64,000 nucleotides of DNA from Nannocystis bainbridge (GCF_028368995.1 NZ_JAQNDL010000005.1:656619-720618); one strand, 5' to 3'. Positions 17,467 through 29,638 are shown, counted from the stretch's first letter. The notes: a model not told the origin generated them from the letters alone. A program made the numbers and translations.

Positions 17467-19868
17467 GTCGACCCTGCCTGTCCTGGCCCGTGGCGGCGCA
17501 CCGTCTCGCGCCGGTCCGGCTTGCCCGACGCCGTCAGCGGGATCGCCGGCACGATCACGACGTTGCGCGGCACCATGTGCGCCGGCAGGCGCGCGCGCGC
17601 GTGGGCCGTGAACTCGCGCACCGACCACGTCTCGGGGTTGTGCGGCACCACGAAGATCCACGGCACGTCGGTCAGCAGCCGCTGCGGATCTGGCACGCCG
17701 GCGACGAGCGCGTCCTTGACCCCCGGCACCGCGCCGAGCAGCAATTCGACCTCCGCCGGGAAGTACGACATGCCGCCGCAATTGATCATATCGTCGCGGC
17801 GGCCGCGGTAGGCGACGAAGCCGTCCTCGTCGCGCACCCCGAAATCGCCGGTGAGCAGCCACCCGTCGCGGAAGCGCGAAGCGTTGAGGTCCGGCAGGTT
17901 CCAGTAATGATCGGTGCGCTGCGGCGCCCGCAGCAGGATCTCGCCCTCCTGCCCCGGCGGCAGCGTGCGCCCGTCCTCGCCGCAGATCGCCACCTCGACC
18001 CCGCGGGTCGGCAGCCCGACCGTGTGCAGCTTGTGCGGGTATTTACGGGCGTCGAGGATCAGCGCCCGCGAGCACTCGGTCAGCCCGTACTGCAAATAGA
18101 TGTCGATCTTCGGGAACAGCGCCCCGAGCTGCGCCAGCTCGGCCGCCGTCACCGGCGCGCTGGCGATCTCGATCGACCGCAGCGTATCGGGCAGCCCGGC
18201 GAACTTGCCCGGATCGGCGCGCAGCAGCGTGCGCAGCACCGGCGGCGTGGTGAAGAAGCCGGAGATCGCAAACTTGGCGATGTCCTCGATCAGCGCCGCC
18301 ACCGAGAACGTGCCCTCGAAGATCACCGCCGTCCCCCCGCGCAGCAGCGTCGAGGTCACCCGCTGCCAGCCGCCGCTGTGCGTCATCGGGCTCAGGATCA
18401 GGTCGCGGTGCTCCGGGCCCATCCCGATCACCTGCGACAGCGAGCGCGCGATCGCCAGGAAATGCCGGTGCCCGAGCACCACCCCTTTCGGCCGCCCCGT
18501 CGAGCCGGCCGAGTAAAGCACGCACGCGTCGGCGTTCTCGGCCACCGCCGGCAGCGGGCCCTCCGCGGCCACCCGCGGCAGCTCCGGCTCGAACACCGCG
18601 TGCTTGCTCGCGCCGTCGATGTGGACCGCGTGGCACGCCACCTCGCCCGGCCCCGGGTCCCCGGCGTGGACCAGGCACAGCCGCGGCGCCGTATCCTTGA
18701 CGATCCACTGCGAGCGCTCGCCGCCGGCCCCCGGATCGATCGGCACCACGATCGCCCCGATCGCCGTGATGCCGAGGAACAGCGCCACGTACTCGATCGA
18801 GTTGCGCAGGCGCAGCGCCACCCGGTCGCCCGGCCCGACCCCGGCCGCCAGCAGCCGCCGCGCGATGCCCCGCACCGCGTCGAGCAATTCGCCGTAGCTC
18901 AATTGCAGCGACGCCGTGCGCAGCGCCGGCCGCTCCGGCCGCGCCTCCGGGTTGGCGACCAGCAATTGGTGAAGCAGGTTCTCGGTGTCGCGCGGCGAAT
19001 GATCGATGTAGCGGGCGTTGAGGCGGTTGACCTCCTCGTAATCGACCAGCGCGAAGATGTCGGAGAGCGGGCTCACCTCGGCCTCGACCGCCGTCAGCGA
19101 GCGCGCCGTCGCCAGCGCGCGGAACGTCTTCTCCATCGCCGCCACCGCCGCGCGCATCCCCTGATTGGCGAACACGATCAGGCGATACCCGGCCGCGAAC
19201 AGCTCCTCCTCGCTCACCCCCGGGTACGTCGAAGGCACCGCCGCCAGCGGCACCGGCGAGTCCCAGCGGCGCCCGAACTCGAGGATCGGCGCCGGCGTGG
19301 TCGCCTTCGAGTGCACCAGCACGACGTCGGCCCCCGCCTCCGCGTAGGCCCGCGCCCGCCGGTACGCCTCCGCCTGCCCGAGCCCGGCCACCAGCGCCTC
19401 GGTGCGGGCGATCACCACGAACTCGCGGTCGCGCCGGCTGTCGCACGCCGCCTCGATCTTGCGCGCGAACACCTCGCCATCGACCAGCTTGCGGTCGAGC
19501 CCCGCGTAGAGGCTGTTGCGCTTCGGGTGCTGGTTGTCCTCGAGGCACACCGCCGCGACCCCGGCCGCCTCGTACTCGCGGACCGCCCGCACCACGTTGA
19601 TCGCGTCGCCGAAGCCGTCGTCGATGTCGGCCACCACCGGCACCCGCGTCGCCCCGACGATCGCCGCCGTCGCCATCAGGTGCTCGTGCATGGTGATGAG
19701 CCCGACGTCGGGCAAGCACTTGCTGGCGCTGATGGCGAACCCGCTGGCCCACAGCCCCTGAAACCCGGCCCGCTCGGCGATGCGCGCCGACAGCCCGTCC
19801 GACACGCCCGCGATCACCAGCGGCCGCGAGCCCGCGAGCAGCCGCCGCAGCTCCGCCCGCGCGCTCAC
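17463..19868 (-). CDS. pepM: Phosphoenolpyruvate mutase fused to an ANL-family adenylation (AMP-binding) domain
   Basis: N-terminal ~290 aa: 'GLWASGFAISA', 'DIDDGFG', 'LEDNQHPKRNS' (EDK-X5-NS-like), 'ARTEALVAG', 'AGADVVLVHSK', 'FANQGMRA'. C-terminal: 'YSAGSTGRPKGV', 'QYGLTEC', 'LTGDFG', 'GRRDDMI', 'LTASGKPDR'. Confidence 0.85.
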   Translation of the reverse strand: MSARAELRRLLAGSRPLVIAGVSDGLSARIAERAGFQGLWASGFAISASKCLPDVGLITMHEHLMATAAIVGATRVPVVADIDDGFGDAINVVRAVREYEAAGVAAVCLEDNQHPKRNSLYAGLDRKLVDGEVFARKIEAACDSRRDREFVVIARTEALVAGLGQAEAYRRARAYAEAGADVVLVHSKATTPAPILEFGRRWDSPVPLAAVPSTYPGVSEEELFAAGYRLIVFANQGMRAAVAAMEKTFRALATARSLTAVEAEVSPLSDIFALVDYEEVNRLNARYIDHSPRDTENLLHQLLVANPEARPERPALRTASLQLSYGELLDAVRGIARRLLAAGVGPGDRVALRLRNSIEYVALFLGITAIGAIVVPIDPGAGGERSQWIVKDTAPRLCLVHAGDPGPGEVACHAVHIDGASKHAVFEPELPRVAAEGPLPAVAENADACVLYSAGSTGRPKGVVLGHRHFLAIARSLSQVIGMGPEHRDLILSPMTHSGGWQRVTSTLLRGGTAVIFEGTFSVAALIEDIAKFAISGFFTTPPVLRTLLRADPGKFAGLPDTLRSIEIASAPVTAAELAQLGALFPKIDIYLQYGLTECSRALILDARKYPHKLHTVGLPTRGVEVAICGEDGRTLPPGQEGEILLRAPQRTDHYWNLPDLNASRFRDGWLLTGDFGVRDEDGFVAYRGRRDDMINCGGMSYFPAEVELLLGAVPGVKDALVAGVPDPQRLLTDVPWIFVVPHNPETWSVREFTAHARARLPAHMVPRNVVIVPAIPLTASGKPDRRETVRRHGPGQAGST

Positions 19869-20842
19869 GCGTCCGCCTCCCGCAGCAGCGGCAACAATGC
19901 ATCGTATGTCTCTCGGGACATGTTAATAAGATCTCCTGCCGCCTCCGCCCGCCGCTCGGAGTCCCAGCCGGGGATCCGCGCACCCGTGGCGGCGAACGCC
20001 GCGAGCCTGTCCGAAAGCACAGGTCCCGCCTCCTCGACCAGCTCAGGCCCGAGGAACACCGCGAACACCCCGTGCTCCGCGTGCTTCGGCGAGCCCGGCA
20101 CCCCGCCGCCGAGGCTCGTCAGCAGCTCGACCGCCAGCCCCAGCGCGAACGTCTTGTGCGAGCCGCCGACGCTCAGCAGCGCCGCCACCTCGTCCGGCAC
20201 CCGCGTGCGCGCCCCCTCGCGGTCGACCGCCGCGTCGGCCGGCAGCGGCGCCCCGTCCGTCCGCGCCACCAGCAGATCGCCGTGGGTGATCGCGCTGGTC
20301 GAAGCGTCGCACACGAACGCGTGCGGCCGCGTCGGCAGCCCGACGCAGATCGGGTTGGTGCCGACCAGCGGCACGCGCCCGCCCGGCGCCACCACCCGCG
20401 CCGGCGACCCACTCATGACAATCACCCCGCACCCGCGCGCGCACGCCAGCCGGGCCCAGTCGCCGAGCGCCCCGCTCGGATACACGCCGACGCCCGTGGC
20501 CACGCACACCCCGAATTGCTCGGCCTCGGCGCACCCCGCCTCGACCAGCCGCTGCACCACCGGATAGCCGAGGTGCCCGCGCCCGTCGACGTGCAGCCGC
20601 CCCGCCCGCACCCGCGTCGGCCCCGGCGCCGGCCGCCCGTCATACGGCCCGAACGCGCCCGACTGCGTCACGTACAGCGCCCGCACCAGCCCGTGACACG
20701 GCTTGCCGGCCTGCTCGGTGCGCAGCCAGTGCTCGACGGTGCTCGCCGCGTCGCCCGCGTCGAGCCCGAGGCCGCGCACCAGCCGGCGCACCAACCCACT
20801 CCGCAGCTCGCCCGCCGCGACCGCGACCGTCTCCGCGCTCAC
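19865..20842 (-). CDS. Ldh2-family (ComC/sulfolactate dehydrogenase-like) NAD(P)-dependent oxidoreductase
   Basis: 'GKPCHGLVR', 'VDGRGHLG', 'VAPGGRVPLVGTNPICVG', 'DASTS', 'GGSHKTFALGLAVELL', 'RIPG'. GTGA overlap with the pepM fusion. Confidence 0.85.
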   Translation of the reverse strand: MSAETVAVAAGELRSGLVRRLVRGLGLDAGDAASTVEHWLRTEQAGKPCHGLVRALYVTQSGAFGPYDGRPAPGPTRVRAGRLHVDGRGHLGYPVVQRLVEAGCAEAEQFGVCVATGVGVYPSGALGDWARLACARGCGVIVMSGSPARVVAPGGRVPLVGTNPICVGLPTRPHAFVCDASTSAITHGDLLVARTDGAPLPADAAVDREGARTRVPDEVAALLSVGGSHKTFALGLAVELLTSLGGGVPGSPKHAEHGVFAVFLGPELVEEAGPVLSDRLAAFAATGARIPGWDSERRAEAAGDLINMSRETYDALLPLLREADA

Positions 20843-20885
20843 GAGCCCACCCCGCCCCGGAGGAGCCCCTGCGTGCGTTTCGGAG

Positions 20886-20906
20886 AGAAATTGAAGTTCA
20901 ATTTCT
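20886..20906. promoter_or_regulatory. Perfect 10-1-10 AT-rich inverted repeat (putative operator)
   Basis: AGAAATTGAA-G-TTCAATTTCT, about 44 bp upstream of the operon start codon. Confidence 0.75.
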
Positions 20907-20913
20907 GCGACCG

Positions 20914-20943
20914 GGTTTATCCGGCCCGCAGCCCGATTGTCAA
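20914..20943 (-). promoter_or_regulatory. Putative sigma70-type promoter of the phosphonate operon
   Basis: Minus-strand TTGACA (plus-strand tgtcaa 20938-20943), 18-nt spacer, weak -10 TAAACC (20914-20919), immediately upstream of the operator palindrome. Confidence 0.55.
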
Positions 20944-21008
20944 CCTGCGCGGCGGAGACGTCGGCGCGCCGCGAGCCGCTGCGCGGCCCGCTCGCTCATC
21001 GCCAAGCA

Positions 21009-21107
21009 TCGCCACGCCGCCACTCGAGCGCCGCCATGTGTCGCCAAGCCGCCCGCTCGAGCGCCACCACGCATCGCCACGCCGCCGCTCGAGCGCCGCT
21101 ACGCCAC
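21009..21107. repeat. Imperfect ~32-bp direct repeat, 3 copies
   Basis: Core 'TCGCCA(C/A)GCCGCC..CTCGAGCGCC(G/A)C' three times in an intergenic region. Confidence 0.7.
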
Positions 21108-21226
21108 CCCACTCCGGCCCCCGCGACGCCCGGGGGATCCACCGGTGCCTCACCCGCGGGTACGACGCCCGCGTCGGCGACGCACCGGGCGCTCCCCCCG
21201 CCGCCGATCCTTTCACCGCCGTGAGG

Positions 21227-21324
21227 TTCCCTCCACGACATGCCCTCCACGACATGCCCTCCACGACATGCTCTCCACGACATGTCCATATGCACATGCC
21301 CTGTGCGACATGTCCTCATGACCA
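21227..21324. repeat. 14-bp-period CATG array (about 7 units)
   Basis: CATG at 21239, 21253, 21267, 21281, 21295, 21309. First units are near-identical TGCCCTCCACGACA. Confidence 0.9.
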
Positions 21325-21482
21325 TCCAAGCCCGCCGCCGCGAGCACCTCGCAGCCGGCATCCTCCCCGCGCGTCCTCCGCGGGTCCCCGCAGCCGGCCG
21401 GGCCGCGACGGCCCGATCGCGCGCGACGTGCCGACCGCCGGCGCGCTGGCCCACGCCAGACGCCGCGCCTCACACTGCCCGC

Positions 21483-22046
21483 ATGCCGAGCGAACGCGAC
21501 AAGATGCTGGCCGGCGAGCTCTACCTCGCCGCCGACCCGGAGCTCGTGGGCCTGCGCCGGGCCGCGCGCCGGCTGACGCGCCGCTACAACGAGACCGGCG
21601 AGGACGAGACCGACGTGCGCCTCGACATCTTGCGGACGCTGCTCGGCCGCAGCGGCCCGCGCCTCGAGATCGAGCCGCCGTTCCGCTGCGACTACGGCGC
21701 CCACATCGAGGTCGGCGACGGCTTCTACATGAACTTCGACGGCGTGATCCTCGACTGCGCCCCGGTCACGATCGGCGACGACGTCCTGTGCGGCCCCGGC
21801 GTGCACATCTACGCCGCCACCCACCCGCTGCAGCCCGACGTGCGCATCACCGGCCTCGAGTCCGCCAGGCCCGTCACGATCGGCAATCGCGTGTGGCTCG
21901 GCGGCGGCGTCATCGTCTGCCCCGGCGTCACCATCGGCGACGGCACCACGATCGCCGCCGGCAGCGTCGTCACCCGCGACATCCCGGCCGGCGTGCTCGC
22001 CGGCGGCAACCCCTGCCGCGTCATCCGCTCGCTCGAATTGCGATAG
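21483..22046 (+). CDS. maa: Maltose/sugar O-acetyltransferase
   Basis: 'SERDKMLAGELY', 'IEPPFRCDYG', hexapeptide repeats, 'GGNPCRVIR'. Confidence 0.9.
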   Translation: MPSERDKMLAGELYLAADPELVGLRRAARRLTRRYNETGEDETDVRLDILRTLLGRSGPRLEIEPPFRCDYGAHIEVGDGFYMNFDGVILDCAPVTIGDDVLCGPGVHIYAATHPLQPDVRITGLESARPVTIGNRVWLGGGVIVCPGVTIGDGTTIAAGSVVTRDIPAGVLAGGNPCRVIRSLELR

Positions 22047-22066
22047 CTAACAGGGTTTCAGAGCGT

Positions 22067-22777
22067 TCATGACAGCTTGCTTTGTTCCCCTGCCATCGCG
22101 TCGGAAGACTTGGCTTCATCAGCAATCTCACCCTCACGAGGTGAAAGGCTTTCCTTGTTGCCCCTAATGTAGACGCGCGTTAGCAGGAGCATTTGCGCTC
22201 CTAAGGCCACATGCCAAGACTCTCGAAGGGTCAAACTAACAGTCGTATAAAAAACGAACTCAACCGCACGATAAGCGGCGGCATCAACATCTGTTGACCA
22301 AGTCCTATCAAAAACTTCAAGCCCTGCCAGTCCCCAAAGTACAAGAGATGACAATATTACCAACATCGCAAGCTGAAATGTGTAGGCGTACTCCTCGATC
22401 CCTCCGCGCCGACGAGCCATCTCCTCATTCTCCGGGCTTTGGAGCAGTGAATTTGCATTCGCCCCCCATGCGAACGATACACCAACAAAGACTCCAGCCA
22501 GCGGTAACAGAACTGTCTTCGCCGCGTCAGCAAGGGGTACATCGACGAAACCCGCCACAATCAGACCGTTCGCGACATGAAGCAAAAGCCACCGATCTAC
22601 AACACGTTGGTAACCAGGAGGAATACGAAGAACACCAAGCCCAGATGTAGAGGAGCGGCCGTAAAGAAACCACGTCCAAAATGAGACCATCTCGTAACGT
22701 TGAGAATGTCTTTGATTTGCAGGAACTGCAGAGCTTGTTCGAGACATGTTTCCCCCGACCGGACTCTCAGGATTCAT
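22067..22777 (-). CDS. Hypothetical membrane protein (about 4 TM), low GC
   Basis: 236 aa with hydrophobic segments and atypical AT-rich codons. ATGA overlap with the upstream gene. Confidence 0.7.
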   Translation of the reverse strand: MNPESPVGGNMSRTSSAVPANQRHSQRYEMVSFWTWFLYGRSSTSGLGVLRIPPGYQRVVDRWLLLHVANGLIVAGFVDVPLADAAKTVLLPLAGVFVGVSFAWGANANSLLQSPENEEMARRRGGIEEYAYTFQLAMLVILSSLVLWGLAGLEVFDRTWSTDVDAAAYRAVEFVFYTTVSLTLRESWHVALGAQMLLLTRVYIRGNKESLSPREGEIADEAKSSDAMAGEQSKLS

Positions 22778-23730
22778 GATTCACCCTCCCTCTTGCGATT
22801 CGCAACCCTTGCGACCGAGGCTCCATTAGTACGTCTGCCCTCTCCTCGAGGCTCTCGATCTCCAGCGAGCGCCTGACGCATATTTGAATACAACGCTCTG
22901 ATCTGATAGATAATTCCACAGCTCTTAAGTTCCTCATCAAAGGATTCGTCCTGAACCTCAATAATAGCTGGGTTACCTTTGCGCAGTTCCTTTTTCTGAA
23001 CACGAGCCCCAGCTCGCTCCCTCACAAAGATTTGAGCATCGTCGCCAGTAGAGGCGACCGAGCGAATCGTTTTTTCTACATTTTCGCGCTTAAGATCCTT
23101 TCCCTCTAGAACGACAGTTCCACGCTCAGCGGCGAGCCCCTCTGTCATCCTCTGAACAGGCTCAATAAAGTCCCTATCAACATCAAACGCATTTGGTCGC
23201 CTAAAGGTGGCTCGAAGCCGAGTAATCTGGTGCGCATTATAGATAATATCAATCAACGACTCCGGGTTAATTATGAGCGTCAGCTCAATATTAAGCGGCA
23301 CATGCGGGAACTCTCTTTTCGCTGCCGCATTAACAATTCGAGCAAGCGCAAGCGCCACCACTTCCGTCGAGGCCGCCAACTGAATATTACTCGCAATGGC
23401 GCACAGCTCCCCAGGCACATCGACCAAAACGTGAGTCCATGGCGCGCTTTCAATATTCTCCGTGCCAAATCCTTTTTCGCCTTGGAGCGGCAGGACCAAA
23501 CTTTTGTTTCTCCCAATTCGCAAATAGATGCAGCCAGAATCCGCCAGGCCATTAACGTTTCCTATCCTCCAGCCTCGCGACTTGGGTCCCCTTGGATTGG
23601 AACTATTAAAGATGGCATTTTCGACTACGCGAGGGCGAAGCTGCATCCATTCGTTCTCCTCCATTGGCATTTCTTCGATATGCAGTTGAGGATCGCGAAA
23701 TATTTGAATTCGAAAGAGGTAGAAGCGCAT
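22774..23730 (-). CDS. Hypothetical soluble protein, low GC (possibly DUF4747-like)
   Basis: 318 aa open frame in an AT-richer islet with 'WRIGNV', 'FRRPNAFDVD'. The family resemblance is from memory only. Confidence 0.7.
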   Translation of the reverse strand: MRFYLFRIQIFRDPQLHIEEMPMEENEWMQLRPRVVENAIFNSSNPRGPKSRGWRIGNVNGLADSGCIYLRIGRNKSLVLPLQGEKGFGTENIESAPWTHVLVDVPGELCAIASNIQLAASTEVVALALARIVNAAAKREFPHVPLNIELTLIINPESLIDIIYNAHQITRLRATFRRPNAFDVDRDFIEPVQRMTEGLAAERGTVVLEGKDLKRENVEKTIRSVASTGDDAQIFVRERAGARVQKKELRKGNPAIIEVQDESFDEELKSCGIIYQIRALYSNMRQALAGDREPRGEGRRTNGASVARVANRKREGES

Positions 23731-23901
23731 GGGGCTGCGTTATCGTACCAAATTACTCGCAAGCAAGCGCAGCTCGAAGTCGCAAGGGCGGCTTCTTGAG
23801 CGAAAATGCACGCTCCGAGCCGCTGGTGTCACCACCGACGGGCTCGCCCGGTCGATTCCGCGCTATCCCATGTGCCCGCGACTTGCGGCGCGTCGCGGTT
23901 G

Positions 23902-24533
23902 TATGGGAAACCACAGCCCGGCGCGTGCGCGGCGATCCGACCACCAGACGGCCCAATCCACGCAGTCGAGCGAGCGTCTCGCCGGCGACGCGCTCGGTGC
24001 TGGCGGTGTGCTGCGGCAGCCTCGCCGGCGCCGTGTTCGAGCTCGGCGCCGCCACCACGCTGGTCGGCCGCGGGCCAGGCGTCGACCTCGTCATCCCGGA
24101 TCGCGGCGTGTCGCGCAAGCACCTCAAGCTGCTGCGAGGCATCGACCACGGGTTCATGGCCGTCGATCTCGGATCGACCAATGGCACGCGGGTCAACGAC
24201 CTCCCGGTCGAGCTGGTCGCGCTGCGCCACGGCGACCGCATCGGCCTCGGCCCCGACGTGGTGCTGTCGTTCGAGGTCGCGGGCTCGCCGGAGCTGCAGC
24301 GCGTGATGGAACAGGCGCAGGCGCGGCAGGCCGTCGCGGCGCTCAGCGAGCGCGAGGTCGAGGTCGCCCGGCTGGTCGCCGAGGGTCTCACCAATCAGGC
24401 GATCGCCACCCGCCTCGGGATCCGCCCGCGCACCGTCGCCAGCCACCTCGAGCACGTGTACACGCGCCTCGACATCCACTCGCGCGCCGAGCTGGCGCGG
24501 CGGATGGCCGAGGCGGGTCTGCTCGATCGCTGA
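23902..24533 (+). CDS. FHA domain + LuxR-type HTH transcriptional regulator
   Basis: FHA 'VGRG...VSRKH...DLGSTNGTRVN'; LuxR 'LSEREVEVARLVAEGLTNQAIA...TVASHLEHVYTRL'. Start position approximate. Confidence 0.85.
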
Positions 24534-24732
24534 GGCGCGCGCTCGCCCCGGCGAGACGACCGGGATCGGCGTGCGACCCGTGCCCGCAGGCGCGCTTCCA
24601 TCGGCAGGATGACCGGGTCGCCGTCCCCGAGTCGGCGCCGCCCCTCCGCTGTTCGATCGATGTCGCGGCGATCCGCGACGGCTAGGTTCGCGGCGCCGGA
24701 CGAGGACCACGGGCCCGGCGGGATACCGGTTC

Positions 24733-26025
24733 ATGCACACCTCTCACGTCGAACTCTTCACGCGGCGCTCGGCCGCCTCCATCCTCTCCAGCCTGCTGCT
24801 CGGCGCGGCGCTGATCGCCCAGGGTTGCGGCGGCGGCGGCAAGTCGGGCGCGCCCGAAGCGTCGCCCGCGGACCAGTTCTGCGGCTCGCTGTCCGAGTAC
24901 ATCAACGCCTGCGCGGCCGCGGCGAACCCCTGCGACCAGGCCATGGTCGACGATTGTGCCAGCGTCGTCGGCCTCGTCAGCGACGGCTTCCTGCGCACCG
25001 CGAGCGACTGCATCCAGGGCGGCGGCTCGCCGATCACCTGCCTCGCCGGCGCCATCGGCGGGCTGGCGCCGAGCGCCGCGCACGAGGCCTTCGTCGCCCA
25101 GTTCTGCGACGAATGTGCGTTCGGCATCGGCGGCTGCGAGGACGTGCTGCTCGGCCGCTCCGAGGGCCCGCCCGAGCTCAAGGCCGCCAGCGCGCTGGTC
25201 CTCCCGCTCGGCGACAGCCTCGTCGACGCGCTCAGGGCCGACTGCGCGAGCGGCCTCGGTTGCCTCGCCACCTTCCCTCAATGCGCGCAGAAGGTGCTGG
25301 CCCAGCAGGTCATCCCCGAGAACACCCTGCAGTGCCTGCTCGACGGCCTCAGCGGCAAGACGCCGGACGCAGCACCTGTCCCCGAGGACAGCGCGAGCGC
25401 GTGCGGCCTGTCCGGCGGCGAGACCATGGGCGGCCCCGGCTGGACCACCCTGGGCACCGGCAGCGCCAGCGCCTCGGAGGCCACGAGCATCAGCGACACC
25501 GGCGAGACCGACACCAGTCACAGCACCGACCCTGGCACGACGGAGGGCGAGACCACCGGCACCACCGGCACCACCGGCACCACGGGCACCACCGACGGCG
25601 ACGTGTCGACCACCGCCAGCCCGAGCACCACCACCGGCGACAACCCCGACATGGGCTCGACCGACACCGACGGCTGGGACCAACTGTGCGCCGGCCCGTT
25701 CAGCGAGCACTCCGAGTGCAGCGCCGGCGGCCCGCTGCCCGAACCATGCACCTGGTGCACCGGCCTGGTCTGCAACTACATCGACGCGTTCTGCTGCGAC
25801 TCGCTGTGGGACGACCAGTGCGTGGCGCACGCGAACGAGCGCTGCTCGATGTCCTGCGGCGCGGGCACGCAGCTGTGCGCCCACAGCCCGTGCGAGGCCG
25901 GGGCGGCGCTGACCCGCGCGTGCTCCGATTGCGTGATGGCCGTGTGCGACAGCCGGCCGGCGTGCTGCGACGTCGCGTGGGACGACGAATGCGCGTCGAT
26001 GGCCTCGGCTTGTGGGATCTGCTGA
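24733..26025 (+). CDS. Cys-rich secreted lipoprotein with Thr/Gly linker
   Basis: Lipobox 'LIAQGC'. Repeated C-terminal module 'C..CT..VC..D.FCCD..WDD.C'. Confidence 0.75.
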   Translation: MHTSHVELFTRRSAASILSSLLLGAALIAQGCGGGGKSGAPEASPADQFCGSLSEYINACAAAANPCDQAMVDDCASVVGLVSDGFLRTASDCIQGGGSPITCLAGAIGGLAPSAAHEAFVAQFCDECAFGIGGCEDVLLGRSEGPPELKAASALVLPLGDSLVDALRADCASGLGCLATFPQCAQKVLAQQVIPENTLQCLLDGLSGKTPDAAPVPEDSASACGLSGGETMGGPGWTTLGTGSASASEATSISDTGETDTSHSTDPGTTEGETTGTTGTTGTTGTTDGDVSTTASPSTTTGDNPDMGSTDTDGWDQLCAGPFSEHSECSAGGPLPEPCTWCTGLVCNYIDAFCCDSLWDDQCVAHANERCSMSCGAGTQLCAHSPCEAGAALTRACSDCVMAVCDSRPACCDVAWDDECASMASACGIC

Positions 26026-26046
26026 CGCATGGTAGTCGCCTCCACG

Positions 26047-28929
<2,883 letters not shown>

Positions 28930-29116
28930 GCCGGCGCTCCAGCCGGCCCGCGAATCATTACCCCATACTCCTATCATTCGCTCGCGTACCCTCGCCCGCG
29001 AGCGGCGCACGCATCGTACATCCTCGGCGTCTTGACACGGCCATGCATGATGGCTCGCCGTTGCCACGATTCCCGTCATCGCCATGCATCTCTCTCCTCC
29101 GTCAGGACCTCAGCCT

Positions 29117-29638
29117 ATGCGTCATCGCCTGACCTACCTCCGCGCCCTGTGCCTCGGCCTGCTCGCGGCCGCGGCGATCGTCCTCATCCTCGTCGCCGCG
29201 AGCGGCAACAACGACGAGCGGCTCGATTGGCTGGTCCTGCTCCCGCTGCTCGCGCTGCTCGGCGTGGCCGTGTTCACCCCGAGCGCCGGCTGGCCGCGCC
29301 GACTGGTCCGCGGCGCGCTCGGCTTCGCCGTCGCCGCGGCCGCGGGGTTCGCCACCTTCGCCGGCCTCGACGCGCTGACCGACTGGTTCCACGGCCTGGA
29401 CCGCGACCTCTTCGTCCTCGCCCTCGTCGTGCTCCACGCGGCCATCCCCGGCGGCATCGCGGCCGCGGCCGACTCGCTGGGCCGCGGCCTCGCGCTCGCC
29501 GGCGGCCTCACGCTCGGCCTCGGCCTCGCCTCCAGGCTCGCGGGCAACGCCCACCCCGGCTACATGATCCTCATCGCCGTCGGCACCCTCACCGGCGCGC
29601 TCGTCAACGCCCTCGATCGCCGCCAGCGCTCGCAGTGA
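29117..29638 (+). CDS. Hypothetical integral membrane protein
   Basis: About 6 hydrophobic helices; normal codon usage. Confidence 0.65.
   Translation: MRHRLTYLRALCLGLLAAAAIVLILVAASGNNDERLDWLVLLPLLALLGVAVFTPSAGWPRRLVRGALGFAVAAAAGFATFAGLDALTDWFHGLDRDLFVLALVVLHAAIPGGIAAAADSLGRGLALAGGLTLGLGLASRLAGNAHPGYMILIAVGTLTGALVNALDRRQRSQ

Noticed and set aside
19000-19868. Isocitrate lyase / methylisocitrate lyase assignment
   Set aside because: Lacks the KKCGH/KRCGH catalytic Cys motif; has PKRNS, HSK and ANQ features typical of the PepM branch.
17184-20567. Long antisense or alternative-frame ORFs (for example 17184-20567 +, 48583-53754 +, 34076-36646 +, 24682-27141 -)
   Set aside because: Arg/Pro/Gly-rich shadows of real genes, expected in very high-GC DNA; no motifs.
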